Shown: positions 39,096-50,562, counted from the first letter of the stretch. The stretch: 64,000 bases of DNA from Candidatus Multivoradales bacterium (GCA_965248925.1 CBDFLE010000004.1:64001-128000), one strand, 5' to 3'. Program-made: numbers and translations. The notes: a model not told the origin generated them from the sequence alone.

Positions 39096-40522
39096 CACAT
39101 AAGCTCCCGAGGATCGGCGATATGGCCAGCGATGGCGCTGGCGGCTGCGGTCAGCGGACTTGCTAGAATAGTACGCCCGCCGGCTCCTTGGCGACCTTCG
39201 AAGTTGCGGTTAGTGGTGCTGACGGCGAGCTGGCCAGCGGCCAGAGTATCGCCATTCATCGCCAGGCACATCGAGCAGCCGGCGGCCCGCCAATCGGCGC
39301 CGGCGGAGCGAAAGACCTGGTCCAGACCTTGCTCCTCGGCTTGACGTTTGACTTTGTCGGAGCCAGGTACCACCAGCATCTCCACTCCGGCGGCAACCTC
39401 GCGACCGTCGAGCAGCCGGGCGGCGGCTTGCAGATCGGAGAGGCGCGAGTTGGTGCAGCTGCCGAGGAACACCACGTCGACGGGACGGCCGAGTAGCGGT
39501 TCGCCGGGAACGACTCGCATGTAGCGCTGAGCCCGTTCGACCGCCTCGCGCTCGCCACCGCTGTATTCCTCGGGCCGTGGGACCCGAGCCGACACGCCAA
39601 TAGCGGTGCCCGGATGGGTGCCCCAAGTGACCATCGGTTCAATGTCGGCGGCGTCTAGGGTGACTCTTTGGTCATAGCTTGCTCCGGGATCGCTGACCAA
39701 GGCACGCCAGCGGGCGACGGCGGCCTCCCAAGCCGCGCCTTCAGGGACTAGCGGCCGACCTTGCAGATAGGCGAAGGTGGTTTCATCGGGGGCGATCATG
39801 CCGCTGCGCGCACCGCCTTCAATAGACATGTTGCAGACCGTCATGCGGCCGTCCATGTCGAGTTCACGGATCGCCTGGCCGGTGTATTCGATCGCCTGGC
39901 CGGTGCCGCCGTCGACGCCGATGTGAGCAATGATGGCGAGGATCAGATCCTTGGCGGTCACCCCTAGGCCGCGCTGGCCATCGAGGCGAATTTCCAGCGT
40001 TTTCGGCTGCCTTTGGAGCAGGCTTTGGGTAGCCAGCACATGGCCGACTTCGCTGGTGCCAATGCCGAAGGCCAACGCGCCGAAGGCACCGTGGGTGGAG
40101 GTGTGGCTGTCGCCGCAAACGATGGTCGCGCCGGGATGGGTCGCCCCCAGCTCAGGGCCGATGACGTGGACGATGCCCTGGCGGCGATCACCGAGGGCAA
40201 GCAGGGGGATGCCGTGGCGAGCACAGTTTTGCTCCAGCCGGTCGAGTTGAGCGTCGGCCGCCGGGTCGAGAACCCGCAAGCGCTGGCGATCGATTTCCGG
40301 CCGGGTCGGCGTCGAATGGTCCATAGTCGCCAAGGTGCAGTCGGGTCGGCGTACTTTCAGCCCACGTCGATCAAGTTCCGCAAAGGCTTGGGGCGAGGTC
40401 ACTTCATGCACCAAATGCAGATCGACCCACAGAGTTGCCGGCATGCCCGGTGCTGCCGCCTCAGCGACTAGATGACTGTGCCATATCTTGTCGAACAGCG
40501 TCCTTTTTGCCCTGGTGCTCAA
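39095..40522 (-). CDS. leuC: 3-isopropylmalate dehydratase large subunit
   Basis: [24 protein letters not shown]. Confidence 0.97.
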   Translation of the reverse strand: MSTRAKRTLFDKIWHSHLVAEAAAPGMPATLWVDLHLVHEVTSPQAFAELDRRGLKVRRPDCTLATMDHSTPTRPEIDRQRLRVLDPAADAQLDRLEQNCARHGIPLLALGDRRQGIVHVIGPELGATHPGATIVCGDSHTSTHGAFGALAFGIGTSEVGHVLATQSLLQRQPKTLEIRLDGQRGLGVTAKDLILAIIAHIGVDGGTGQAIEYTGQAIRELDMDGRMTVCNMSIEGGARSGMIAPDETTFAYLQGRPLVPEGAAWEAAVARWRALVSDPGASYDQRVTLDAADIEPMVTWGTHPGTAIGVSARVPRPEEYSGGEREAVERAQRYMRVVPGEPLLGRPVDVVFLGSCTNSRLSDLQAAARLLDGREVAAGVEMLVVPGSDKVKRQAEEQGLDQVFRSAGADWRAAGCSMCLAMNGDTLAAGQLAVSTTNRNFEGRQGAGGRTILASPLTAAASAIAGHIADPRELM

Positions 40523-40542
40523 AGGTCTTCCTCGTTTGCGCC

Positions 40543-42240
40543 TTAGATACCGGCGGTGTATTGAGGGTTGAAGGGCTCTTCTTCGAGGGTCGGATCGAGG
40601 CCCTTGGAGAGCCTAGCAGGCTGGCGCCCGCGGCCGTTGGCTGGTGCCTCTTGGGCCTCTCGTCCGCTTGTCGCCGCCAGGGCCGACGCCGCGACGGCGG
40701 CCTGCTGGGCCGCCGGATCTGCCGCCAACAAGCGGTTGGTTGCCGCCAAATAGGCTTTGGCGCTGGCGATTACCACGTCGGTGTGGGTGGCGTAGCCGTG
40801 GTAGGTGCGTTCAGCCGTGGCCTGGGCGGCGATCCGTACCGAGACCTGGCCGAGAGCGTCTTTGCCCTGGGTCACGTTGCGAATGCTGAAGTCGAGCAAC
40901 AAGTCTTGGCGGCCGAGGATCTTCTGTATCGCGCCGAACACCGCGTCCACCGAGCCCAACCCGGTGGCGGAGCCGACCCGTTCATCGCCGCCCGGTCCTT
41001 GCAAGCGCACGGTAGCGCTGGCGGCATGGCGACCACAGGCCAGGCGCAGGTCGAGTAGCTGGAACAGTTCCGGGGGCGCCGCGGCTTCTTCCAGCACCAG
41101 GGCGCGGAGATCAGCTTCGGTGACCACTTTCTTGCGTTCGGCCAGCGCCTTGAAGCGGCGAAAGGCCTCGGCCAGGGGCTCGTTTTCGAGCGCGATACCC
41201 ATGTCGCTCAAGCGCACTCGGAAAGCGTGCCGGCCACTGTGTTTGCCCAGCACCAACTCGCTACTCTCGCGGCCGACACTCTCGGGAGTCATGATCTCGT
41301 AGGTTCTTTGGTCTTTGAGCATGCCGTCTTGGTGGATACCAGCCTCATGGGCAAAGGCGTTGCGGCCGACGATCGCTTTGTTCGGCGGCACCGGCATGCC
41401 GGTGTACTGGCTCACCACCCGGCTAACCCGGGTGAGTTTGCGGGTATCGATACCGGTTTCCAGACCGAGCAGCGGGCGGCGGGTGGCCAGGGTCATAACG
41501 ATCTCTTCCAGGCTGGTGTTGCCGGCCCGTTCGCCGATGCCGTTGACCGTTACCTCGACCTGGCGCGCGCCGGCGCGGATCGCCGCCAAGCTGTTGGCGG
41601 TGGCCAAGCCGAGATCGTCGTGACAATGAGCCGAGAAGATCACCGACTCGGCGCCGGGGGTGTGGTGGATCAGATAGGCGAAGAGGGCGCCGTATTCGTC
41701 GGGCAAGGTGTAGCCGACGGTGTCGGGGATGTTCAGGGTGGTGGCGCCGGCCTGGATCGCCACGGTCAGCACCTGGACCAGGAATTCGCGGTCCGAGCGC
41801 CCGGCGTCCTCTGGGCTGAACTCTACATCGTCGCAGAAGCCCTTGGCGTAGCTCACCATCTCACTGACCCGGTCGACGACCTGAGCGCGACTGAGGCCGA
41901 GCTTCTTTTCCATATGCAGGTCGGAAGTGGCGAGAAAGGTGTGAATCCGTGGCCGCTCAGCGCCGCGCAGGGCCTCCCAGGCGCGTTCGATATCTCTTTT
42001 GACGGCCCGTGCCAGGCCGGCGATGATCGGGCCGTTGGCGTGGCCCAGGCGCCGCGCGATGCGCCGTACTGCCTCTTGATCGTCAGGGCTGGCGGCGGGA
42101 AAGCCGGCCTCGATTACATCGACTCCGAGATCGGCGATCTGGCTCGCCAGCAGCTGCTTTTCGTCGCTGGTCAAGCTGGCGCCCGGGCTTTGCTCGCCAT
42201 CGCGAAGGGTGGTGTCGAAAATCAGTACTCTATTGGCCAT
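40543..42240 (-). CDS. leuA: 2-isopropylmalate synthase
   Basis: [24 protein letters not shown]; start may be a few codons earlier. Confidence 0.96.
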   Translation of the reverse strand: MANRVLIFDTTLRDGEQSPGASLTSDEKQLLASQIADLGVDVIEAGFPAASPDDQEAVRRIARRLGHANGPIIAGLARAVKRDIERAWEALRGAERPRIHTFLATSDLHMEKKLGLSRAQVVDRVSEMVSYAKGFCDDVEFSPEDAGRSDREFLVQVLTVAIQAGATTLNIPDTVGYTLPDEYGALFAYLIHHTPGAESVIFSAHCHDDLGLATANSLAAIRAGARQVEVTVNGIGERAGNTSLEEIVMTLATRRPLLGLETGIDTRKLTRVSRVVSQYTGMPVPPNKAIVGRNAFAHEAGIHQDGMLKDQRTYEIMTPESVGRESSELVLGKHSGRHAFRVRLSDMGIALENEPLAEAFRRFKALAERKKVVTEADLRALVLEEAAAPPELFQLLDLRLACGRHAASATVRLQGPGGDERVGSATGLGSVDAVFGAIQKILGRQDLLLDFSIRNVTQGKDALGQVSVRIAAQATAERTYHGYATHTDVVIASAKAYLAATNRLLAADPAAQQAAVAASALAATSGREAQEAPANGRGRQPARLSKGLDPTLEEEPFNPQYTAGI

Positions 42241-42317
42241 TGTTGACATAACGGTCGGTCGGTTGGTCACTGGGGTAAACATCGGCCGTTCCTCTGCGAG
42301 CTGTCGTCGGCGTGCGG

Positions 42318-43250
42318 TTAGGTGAGTTCCGGCACCGCTTGTAACCAACCGTGAGGGTCGGCGGCGCGGCCGGATACGAGATCGAAGAAGGCGGCTTGTA
42401 GACGCTGGGTGATCGGCCCCGGACGGCCGCTGCCGATGGACTGGCGGTCCACCGAGCGGACCGGGGTGATCTCAGAAGCGGTACCGGTGAGGAAAATCTC
42501 GTCGGCTAGGTAGAGTTGTTCCCGCGGTAGACTCGCCTGGCGGAGCGGGAGGTCGAGATCGGCGGCTAGCTGAAGCACCGTGTCGCGGGTGATGCCTTCG
42601 AGAATCGAGTCCACCGTCGGTGGGGTGATCAGCTCACCACGTTGCACCAGAAACAGATTCTGTCCCGCCCCTTCGGCTACCCGACCGTGATCGTCGAGCA
42701 TGATCGCTTCGGTAAAGCCGTTCGCTTTGGCCTCCACCGAAGCGAGCTGATTGTTGATGTATTGGCCGCCGATCTTGCCCAGAGGCATCAGCGAGTTGGC
42801 CGAGATCCGGCGCCACGAGCTGACCCCGACATCGACCCCTTTGGCCAGCGCCTCGGCGCCGAGATAGCTGCCCCAGGGGAAGCAGAAGATCGACAACTCG
42901 GCCGGCGATTGCGAAGGGTTGAGGCCGATGGCACCGCTGCCGCGGTAGGCCAGCGGTCGGATATAGCACTCTTTTTGCCGATTGCGGGCCACTAGCTCGA
43001 GGCAGAGTTTGGCGATCTGCTCGGCTTGGATTCCCAGGTCCATCCCCAGCAGCTTGGCCGAGCGCAGCAAGCGCTCGACGTGGGGGCGGAGGCGGAAGAT
43101 CGCCGGTCCCGAGCGGGTGTCGTAGCAGCGTATCCCCTCGAAGACACTGGAGCCGTAGTGCAGCGCGTGGGTGGTGATGTGGACGCTGGCGTCCTGCCAA
43201 CGGCACCACTCGCCGTGGTGCCAAATCCAGTCTGTTGCTTCGATGGCCAT
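42318..43250 (-). CDS. ilvE: Branched-chain amino acid aminotransferase
   Basis: HALHYGSSVFEGIR, ILEGITR, TGTASEITP. Confidence 0.95.
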   Translation of the reverse strand: MAIEATDWIWHHGEWCRWQDASVHITTHALHYGSSVFEGIRCYDTRSGPAIFRLRPHVERLLRSAKLLGMDLGIQAEQIAKLCLELVARNRQKECYIRPLAYRGSGAIGLNPSQSPAELSIFCFPWGSYLGAEALAKGVDVGVSSWRRISANSLMPLGKIGGQYINNQLASVEAKANGFTEAIMLDDHGRVAEGAGQNLFLVQRGELITPPTVDSILEGITRDTVLQLAADLDLPLRQASLPREQLYLADEIFLTGTASEITPVRSVDRQSIGSGRPGPITQRLQAAFFDLVSGRAADPHGWLQAVPELT

Positions 43251-43293
43251 CGCCTGGTCTTCTTACGCTATGCCGCTTTCAAGATAGTCACGT

Positions 43294-43329
43294 AAAAACC
43301 CCCCGGTGTCGGTGTCGGTGCCGGGGGTT
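43294..43329 (-). terminator. Attenuator terminator upstream of ilvE-leu
   Basis: Minus strand AACCCCCGG…CCGGGGGG-TTTTT. Confidence 0.8.
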
Positions 43330-43357
43330 GGGTGAGTTCGCTGTTCTACGAACCTAC

Positions 43358-43450
43358 CTAGACCCCGCTGTCGCCAAGGGTGAGGAGCAGCAAGCACGGC
43401 AACAGACCGCCAGAGGTCGACCGACCTTGGGTAGCGGGCAGGTTTTGCAT
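43358..43450 (-). CDS. Leucine-rich attenuator leader peptide
   Basis: MQNLPATQGRSTSGGLLPCLLLLTLGDSGV*; 7 Leu in 10 codons; alternative ATG at 43483. Confidence 0.75.
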   Translation of the reverse strand: MQNLPATQGRSTSGGLLPCLLLLTLGDSGV

Positions 43451-43600
43451 CAAGCTGTGGGACTGGGGGTTCGAGTAACTCATCGCGTACTGGCCTACTG
43501 CTGGCTCGGCTAGGCGCTTCGCCGAGGCCTGCCGCGGCAATATACGCGCCGCTTTGGCTGGGGTCAAGAACGAAGCTGCCAGCAACCGGCGGTTTGGACG

Positions 43601-44482
43601 CTATTTCCCGCGCCGCACCCTCCGCCCCGGAGCTGGCTTTCTGGTGTCTCTTATCGTGGTGGTTTTCATCTTAGTGACTTTTCTTGGCGTAGTTTTTCTT
43701 GCCGCAGTCTTCTTTGTTGGCGCTTTCTTGTGCGGTTTCTTCCCAACCTTTGCCGGCGCCGTGCCCATCTCGAGGTCGATACCGAAGACCGACGATAGCT
43801 GGTCGTCGGCGAGCACTCGCGCTGAGCGGGACTTGCGTGGGATGGGCGATGAAGCAGCGGCGGCCTCGACCAATTCAAGAGGATCGAGGCCGCGCAGGGT
43901 GAACAACAGCTCCGGTTGCTGGTCGAGTCGGGCACCGATGCCGTAGAGGGTCGCCGCGACGTGCTTGCATAGGGTGGCCCAATCGGGACAGGTACAGTTT
44001 AGAGAGATCTCCCGTGGGGCTGGAAAGAGTCCGGACTTCGGGTTGGTGGCGATTGCCATGACGCTCTTGGAGAGGGCGCCTTGCAGGAGCTCGACCAACG
44101 AGCCGATCTGGCCCGCGCAGCAGCGCTTGACCGTCGTCCAGCGCCGCTTGGCCAGTGGCTTGATGGCGATGCTCACCTGGTAGATCTCCGAGCCGCTGAC
44201 CAAGGCCCGCACCTGCCCGGCCTCGATCTGCAAGTCGATCACCGATCCATTGCGGACGTAAGTGCGACCGCGGGGCAGGCGATTGGTGTAGTCACTGTAG
44301 CTTTCGAGGTTCTTGCACCAGGCGCTGCCCCAGAAAGTGGTGGCGATTTTCCGGCCAGCTACTTCGACCGGTTCGACCTGCTGCCCGGACTTCCTCATCT
44401 TGGCGACTTTTTTGGCCGCTCGGCGGCGGCGTTCGGCCACCGGTATGTAGCGTGGCCATCTGCTGTCGGAATACCTGGCCAT
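43601..44482 (-). CDS. SWIM zinc finger protein with basic tail
   Basis: NRLPRGRTYVRNG, CTCPD…CKH. Confidence 0.9.
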   Translation of the reverse strand: MARYSDSRWPRYIPVAERRRRAAKKVAKMRKSGQQVEPVEVAGRKIATTFWGSAWCKNLESYSDYTNRLPRGRTYVRNGSVIDLQIEAGQVRALVSGSEIYQVSIAIKPLAKRRWTTVKRCCAGQIGSLVELLQGALSKSVMAIATNPKSGLFPAPREISLNCTCPDWATLCKHVAATLYGIGARLDQQPELLFTLRGLDPLELVEAAAASSPIPRKSRSARVLADDQLSSVFGIDLEMGTAPAKVGKKPHKKAPTKKTAARKTTPRKVTKMKTTTIRDTRKPAPGRRVRRGK

Positions 44483-44512
44483 TGATCTGCTCCTCAGTCT
44501 CTTATCCTTGTT

Positions 44513-47338
44513 CTAGGTCTCTAGCGAGCGGCTAAGGTCGAGAGAGACTAGCGCCAGCAACTCGTCATTGCTCATCTCGGTCAGCGTCGAGGTGGCTTCA
44601 CTGGAGAGGATCTCATCAGAAATTCGCTGCTTGCTGGTGATCAGCCGGTCGATGCGTTCTTCGATAGTGCCGCGGCAGACGAATTTGTGCACCAATACGT
44701 TGTTCTTCTGGCCGATGCGGAAGGCGCGGTCGGTGGCCTGGTTCTCCACCGCCGGATTCCACCACCGATCGAAGTGGATCACATGCGAGGCGGCAGTCAA
44801 ATTGAGTCCAGTGCCCCCGGCCTTTAGCGATAGCACCATGAAGGGTATGCGCTCGTCGGTCTGAAAGCTCTGCACCAGTCGCTGCCGCTTTTTGACTGCC
44901 GTACCGCCGTGCAGGAGCAGGCCCCTGTGGCCGAAGATGTCGCTCAGATGGCTTACCAACGGCTCGGTCATTTGGCGAAATTGGGTGAATACCAACACCT
45001 TGTCCTGGCGGGCGGCAAGCGGTTCGCAAATCTCCCGCAAGCGCAGCATCTTGCCACTGTCGGTGGGCTCGTATCTGTCGTCGCCGAGCCACTGCGACGG
45101 GTGATTGCAGATCTGCTTGAGACGCATCAAGAAAGCCAGAACGACTCCCCGCCGTTCGATCCCATCGAGTTCCTCAAGGGCTCTGGCCAACTCACCGACG
45201 CTCTGTTGGTAGAGCGCCGCCTGGTGCTTGCTCAGCAGGCAGTAGGCATTGACCTCGGTCTTCTCGGGCAGATCGGAGATGACGCTCTTGTCGGTCTTCA
45301 GCCGGCGCAGAATGTAGGGCCCTAGCAGCCGGCGCAGGGGCGCATAGCCGAACTCGCTCGAGGCCATCGATTTGCTCAGCTGGCGGAATGCTTTCGCGGA
45401 GCCTAGTAACCCCGGGTTCAAGAAGTCGAAAATAGACCACAGGTCGCCAAGTCGGTTCTCAACCGGGGTGCCGGTCAGTGCCAGACGCCAGCTGGCACTC
45501 AGCTGCTTGATCGCCCGGGTCTGCTTGGCGGCGGGGTTCTTGATCGCTTGCGCCTCGTCGAGGATCACGTCGCGCCAGTGGTGGGACTTCATCCACTCGC
45601 TGCGCAGGACGGTGCCGTAGGTGGTGATCACCGCATCGTAGGGTTCGACTTTCTTCGCTGACAGCTTTTTCAGCTCTTGCGGGCTGAGTTGTGAGGGGTG
45701 GGCCAGCAGTATCTTCAGCTGGGGGGCAAAACGCTCAATCTCCAAACGCCAGTTGTCGAGCAGAGAAGCGGGCACCACCAGCAGGTCGGTGCCGGTCTCC
45801 TTTTTGCGCTGGCTGATCGACAGCACGGCCAGCACCTGGACGGTTTTTCCCAGACCCATGTCGTCCGCCAGGCAACCGCCGAGTTGTAGGCTGCGCAGGG
45901 TGGCGAGCCATTGCGCACCGAGTTTCTGGTAGGGCCGCAGCTCGGCTCGCAAGCCGGCGTTGGCTTCGATCTCGGCGTGCAGCTCGGGTGAGCGCAGCTG
46001 GTCGAGTCGGGAAGAGAGCCACTTGCCGGCGATCACCTCGGACCATTGCGGCCGGTCGTCTTCGAGATCTTCCACGCTACCACGGTCGAGTTCGGCGCCA
46101 GCCAGTAAGCGCATGGTCTCGGCGAAGCTGACCTCACCCGCTGCTGCCTGCCGCTGTACTTTGAGCCAATGGTCGAGAACCTCCGTGAGTTTTTCCTGAT
46201 CGACCTCGACCCACTGCCCTTTGATCAGTACCAGGCCGGCACTGGCCGCCAGCAGCTGCTCAATCTCCCGCGGCGACAGCTGCTGCCCATCGAGGGTCAG
46301 CTGAACATCGAAATCCAGCAGCGCCGCCATTCCCAAGGCGGATGGTACCTCGCTACCGACGGTGACCGAGACCGCGGGGCGCGGACGCTTTCTCTTCTTC
46401 CACCAATCGGGCAGCCGTACCACCAGTCCGGCCTGCTCGTAGTCCGCTACCTGGCAGAGGAAGCGGTAGGCCTCGTCCGGGCTCCAGGACAGGGGGTGAT
46501 AGATGTCGCCGGAGTCCACTAGCCGGCGCAGCAGCTCGCTGTGCTCGGCCGCCCGTGAGAGGGGCGAGAGCAGGGCCAACAAGCGCTGGCGATTCCTTGT
46601 TCCAGCGTATTCCTTCAGTGCTCGGCCGAGGGGTATGTGTTGAGGTTTGGCCTGCTGTGAAACGCGGTGAACGTAGGTGGCGATGAAAGCGAAGGGGAAG
46701 GATGGGTCGCGCCGATTTTCCGCCAGATGCAGGCACACGCGACCGACCACGTTCCACACCGAATTCTGTTCTCTGAGGTAGTCCTGGACCCCCTTCGGGT
46801 GCTTGGCGACCTCACAGATCAGAGCCTTGCCAATGTCGGTCCACAACTCACCCAACAGGGTGGCGGTGATGAGTTCGGCGCCGGGCATGGGAGGAGCTGA
46901 TCGAGCAAGAGTCTCAAACTCGTCGAGGGGAGGATCGGGGAGGATCAAGGCTTGCGGCTCGGTTGGGTCGAGGCCGCCGCAGAGTCGCGCCACAAAGGAC
47001 TGTCCGAGGTCACGCCAGTAGGCGACTGTCGGGTGCAGCGTAGTGCCCGCCTCGCGCGTTCCAAGATGCAGCACACCGAGCCCACGGTCAATTTCGAAGG
47101 CGGCGAGGATGGGTCGCGTTGCTGACACCGACAAGGGCGACCCGTCGACTGACGAACTCAGCTGGAGATCGATGCGACCGGTCGGCGTCAAGCGCCCCAC
47201 CAGCACAGGGCTGTGTTCTGCGGTCAATGGTCGTCGGGCAGATTTCGAGGCACTCTGAGTGGAGGTTTGGGGCACGGGCAATAGAGTAGCCGATGGACCC
47301 TCCTCAGCCCCAACAGAAACAACTGGTGACCGGTGCAT
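44513..47338 (-). CDS. SNF2-family helicase
   Basis: LADDMGLGKT, DEAQ, LTGTP, QATDRAFRIGQ; true start uncertain. Confidence 0.94.
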   Translation of the reverse strand: MHRSPVVSVGAEEGPSATLLPVPQTSTQSASKSARRPLTAEHSPVLVGRLTPTGRIDLQLSSSVDGSPLSVSATRPILAAFEIDRGLGVLHLGTREAGTTLHPTVAYWRDLGQSFVARLCGGLDPTEPQALILPDPPLDEFETLARSAPPMPGAELITATLLGELWTDIGKALICEVAKHPKGVQDYLREQNSVWNVVGRVCLHLAENRRDPSFPFAFIATYVHRVSQQAKPQHIPLGRALKEYAGTRNRQRLLALLSPLSRAAEHSELLRRLVDSGDIYHPLSWSPDEAYRFLCQVADYEQAGLVVRLPDWWKKRKRPRPAVSVTVGSEVPSALGMAALLDFDVQLTLDGQQLSPREIEQLLAASAGLVLIKGQWVEVDQEKLTEVLDHWLKVQRQAAAGEVSFAETMRLLAGAELDRGSVEDLEDDRPQWSEVIAGKWLSSRLDQLRSPELHAEIEANAGLRAELRPYQKLGAQWLATLRSLQLGGCLADDMGLGKTVQVLAVLSISQRKKETGTDLLVVPASLLDNWRLEIERFAPQLKILLAHPSQLSPQELKKLSAKKVEPYDAVITTYGTVLRSEWMKSHHWRDVILDEAQAIKNPAAKQTRAIKQLSASWRLALTGTPVENRLGDLWSIFDFLNPGLLGSAKAFRQLSKSMASSEFGYAPLRRLLGPYILRRLKTDKSVISDLPEKTEVNAYCLLSKHQAALYQQSVGELARALEELDGIERRGVVLAFLMRLKQICNHPSQWLGDDRYEPTDSGKMLRLREICEPLAARQDKVLVFTQFRQMTEPLVSHLSDIFGHRGLLLHGGTAVKKRQRLVQSFQTDERIPFMVLSLKAGGTGLNLTAASHVIHFDRWWNPAVENQATDRAFRIGQKNNVLVHKFVCRGTIEERIDRLITSKQRISDEILSSEATSTLTEMSNDELLALVSLDLSRSLET

Positions 47339-47561
47339 AGTCGGTTTCGCTGGCTGGCAACTATTTGTAAGTAGCGTACTTCAATGATCTGCCAGCGGGC
47401 AGGTCAACCAGCTTCTTGACCCCTGTGGGTTGCCCTACACCCTGGTCGGATCCTACAGCTTCAGGAGCTGAGCGGAACCGGAACGCCACACCGCAAACCA
47501 ACCAAATGCCTATCGCTGGCGTCTCACTGGCAAGACTTCGAAACCTGGGTCAGGAGACATC

Positions 47562-50021
47562 ATGGGCCCTAGCGAAATCAAGCACCTTCTGCGGCGTTTA
47601 GTGCGGCGTCCAGGCTTCACCGCCGCCGCCGTCTTGACCTCGGCCTTGGGCATCGGCGCTACGGTAGCGATATTCAGTGTGGTCTACGGTGTGCTGATCC
47701 GCCCGCTGCCTTACCCCGAGGCCGATCGCCTGGTCGGCCTGTGGCACGACGCGCCAGGGATGGGCATCTACAAGTTCAATCAAGGCTACGGTAGCTACAC
47801 CCTTTATCGGGAGCGCGCGCAAACCCTCGAGGACGTCGCCCTGTACGACGTTCAGTCCTTTAGCCTCGCAGGAGCCGGGGAGCCTGAGCGGTTGGTTGGC
47901 TCGCGGGTGACCGCCTCTTTCTTCTCGGTACTTGACAGCGCGCCGATCCTCGGCCGCACCTTTAGTGCTGAGGAGGATCGGCCGGGGGGACCGGACGTGC
48001 TGCTGTTGAGCCATGGCTTCTGGCAACGCCGTTTCGATAGCTCGGCGACGGCTATCGGCGCGGTGGTGCAGATCGACGGCAAGCCTTGGGAAGTGATCGG
48101 GGTGATGCCCGAAGGCTTCGCTTTCCCCGACGAGGAGATCGAGCTTTGGGTACCCCATCCGATTGCTGCTGAAGAACTCAGCGAAGTCAACTTCAGCTTT
48201 AACGCCGTGGCCCGCTTGCGGCCGGGCGCGACCGCCGAGCAAGCCACTGCCGAACTCAGTGCGCTGCTGCTCGAGCTGCCGACGGCTTATCCAGGGGTGC
48301 TGAACATAGAGATGCTTGAGCAGAGCGGCATGACGGCTTTCGCCAACCGGTTGCGCGACGACCAAGTGGGCGATGTGCGTCGGCTGCTTTGGGTGTTGCT
48401 CGGCGGGGTCGGCTTCCTGCTACTGATCGCTTGTACCAATGTCGCCAATCTGTTGCTGGTGCGTAGCGAGGGGCGCCAGCGGGAGTTGGCGGTACGCGCT
48501 GCATTGGGTGCCAGCCGAGCTCGTCTAGCCGGCGACCTGGTTGCCGAGAGTGTGGTGCTAGCGGCTCTGGGAGGCACCCTGGGCATCGGCTTGGCGCGAC
48601 TCGGTCTCGCTGCTCTGGCTGGGCTCGATCCGGGCAACTTGCCGCGAATTGCAGCGATTCGAATCGATGCTCCTGTGCTGCTCTTCGCCGCCGCCATTTC
48701 GCTGCTTGCCGGGCTGGTCTTTGGCATTCTGCCGTCGTGGAGACTGCGCCACCGGGTGTTCGGTATGGCCTTGGCGGAGAGCGGCCGTGGGGGCAGCACC
48801 GGGCGCAGTAGCCAACGGATGCGCAGCCTGCTGGTGATCGCACAGATGGCTCTCGCTCTGGTTTTGCTCTTTGGCTCGGCGCTGATGTTGCGCACTTTTC
48901 AGGCCCTGCGCGAGGTCGATCCAGGTTTTGATCGGCAGACCATCCTGACCCTTCGCCTCACCCTGCACGGCGAGCGCTACGCTGACGCTGAACAGCGGGC
49001 TCGTTTCTGGACTCACCTCGCCGACCAGGCGCGGGACTTGCCCGGCGTCGAGGCGGTGGCCGCGGTGTACAACTTGCCGCTCACTGATGGCGACACCAAT
49101 CCTGGCTACATCATCGAAGACTTTCCGCCGCAAGCCGAGGATCCGCCGCTGGTGGCGCTGCAGAATTTCGTCACTGGCGACTACTTCCAGACCCTCGGTA
49201 TTCCGCTCCTAATCGGCCGCGGTATCGAGCGTCATGACATCGAAGAGCGGACGCCGTCGGTGGTGGTGAGCGCGGCCTTTGCACGCCGGATCTGGGGTGA
49301 TACCAGCGTCATTGGCAAGCGTCTCAAGCGCGGACTGCCGAGCGATCAGCGGGCACCGTGGTACGAGGTCGTCGGGGTTGCTGGCGACGTGCGCGACGAC
49401 TCTCTCACCAGCGATCCGGCAGAGATGGTCTACTTTCCGCTGCTCGCCCAACCGGAGGACGAGAGTGGTTGGACACCGTCGGTGATGAGCCTGGCGGTGG
49501 CGAGCAGCAGTGGCGATCCACTGAGCCTGGCGCCGGCCCTGCGTCAATTGGTGCGGCGTCTCGATGCCGAACTGCCGATTGTCCGCATGCGCACCACCGC
49601 CGAGATCGCCAGGCAATCGATGGTTCGCACCACTTTCACCATGACCCTGTTGCTCATCGCCTCGCTGGTGGCGATTATTCTTGGCAGTATCGGCATCTAC
49701 GGCGTGCTCGCGCAGAGCGTTGCCCAACGCACTCTCGAGATCGGTATTCGCCTGGCCCTAGGTGCCGATGGCGGCAAGGTGCGGAGCATGCTGGTCGGCC
49801 AGGGCTTACGCTTGGCCGCTATCGGTATCGGAGTGGGTTGGTTGGGTGCGGTGGTGGTCGGCCGACTGTTGGGGGCGCTGTTGTTCGGAGTTTCAACCAG
49901 CGATCCTTCGAGTTTTGTCGCTGTCGCTCTGCTGTTGGGGTTGGTGGCTGCCATCGCTTCGCTGGTGCCGGCGCAGCGCGCCGCCCGCCTGGCCCCCAGC
50001 GAAGCACTACGCCATCAGTAG
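47562..50021 (+). CDS. ADOP-family duplicated ABC permease (MacB/FtsX domains)
   Basis: Two MacB periplasmic + FtsX units (LIACTNVANLLL; EIGIRLALGA); no adjacent ATPase gene. Confidence 0.9.
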   Translation: MGPSEIKHLLRRLVRRPGFTAAAVLTSALGIGATVAIFSVVYGVLIRPLPYPEADRLVGLWHDAPGMGIYKFNQGYGSYTLYRERAQTLEDVALYDVQSFSLAGAGEPERLVGSRVTASFFSVLDSAPILGRTFSAEEDRPGGPDVLLLSHGFWQRRFDSSATAIGAVVQIDGKPWEVIGVMPEGFAFPDEEIELWVPHPIAAEELSEVNFSFNAVARLRPGATAEQATAELSALLLELPTAYPGVLNIEMLEQSGMTAFANRLRDDQVGDVRRLLWVLLGGVGFLLLIACTNVANLLLVRSEGRQRELAVRAALGASRARLAGDLVAESVVLAALGGTLGIGLARLGLAALAGLDPGNLPRIAAIRIDAPVLLFAAAISLLAGLVFGILPSWRLRHRVFGMALAESGRGGSTGRSSQRMRSLLVIAQMALALVLLFGSALMLRTFQALREVDPGFDRQTILTLRLTLHGERYADAEQRARFWTHLADQARDLPGVEAVAAVYNLPLTDGDTNPGYIIEDFPPQAEDPPLVALQNFVTGDYFQTLGIPLLIGRGIERHDIEERTPSVVVSAAFARRIWGDTSVIGKRLKRGLPSDQRAPWYEVVGVAGDVRDDSLTSDPAEMVYFPLLAQPEDESGWTPSVMSLAVASSSGDPLSLAPALRQLVRRLDAELPIVRMRTTAEIARQSMVRTTFTMTLLLIASLVAIILGSIGIYGVLAQSVAQRTLEIGIRLALGADGGKVRSMLVGQGLRLAAIGIGVGWLGAVVVGRLLGALLFGVSTSDPSSFVAVALLLGLVAAIASLVPAQRAARLAPSEALRHQ

Positions 50022-50040
50022 AGAGAGCGAGGCCAGCGAG

Positions 50041-50562
50041 CTAATTCGACTTGGAGCCCGACCAGCCGCCCAAATCGCCGTTTTCAAAACCGTCGGCGAA
50101 GAGGATGTCGCCGAGAATGGCCAGGTCGTTGTCGCTGACATCCAGGTAGTCCATGCCCGAGTTGTCCTGGCGAACGCGGAGCCGGATCAGGGCGGAGGGA
50201 TCGGCCGGCACCGTCCACTCGAAGGTGTGCTGGCTGCCAGAGGTCGGATCTCCCGGTGGCAGGTCGGTGGCGATCGGAATCCACGGCCCGTTGGCACCGC
50301 TGGTGGAATACCACACGTCCCAGTTCTGCAGATCGTGCTGCACCTGGATCTCCCAGTTGACGCTGACCTCCTCGCCGGCCATCAGCACCTCGCCGCCATT
50401 GGGGCCGACCAGATTGATGTGCGCCGCCAGGGGTGTGGCGGCGGCGAGACAGCAGGCAAGAATCCACCCCCAGGGATGGTGGGCGCGGCGGCTGGGTGAC
50501 TTGTCGCTAGCGATCGGGGGGGTGTCGCGAACAGCGTGGCAAGTTTCGAGGCTAGGGCGCAT
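50041..50562 (-). CDS. Small secreted beta-sandwich protein with FADGFE tail
   Basis: Signal-like ILACCLAAATPLAA, PNGGE, C-terminal DILFADGFENGD…W; start uncertain. Confidence 0.7.
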   Translation of the reverse strand: MRPSLETCHAVRDTPPIASDKSPSRRAHHPWGWILACCLAAATPLAAHINLVGPNGGEVLMAGEEVSVNWEIQVQHDLQNWDVWYSTSGANGPWIPIATDLPPGDPTSGSQHTFEWTVPADPSALIRLRVRQDNSGMDYLDVSDNDLAILGDILFADGFENGDLGGWSGSKSN

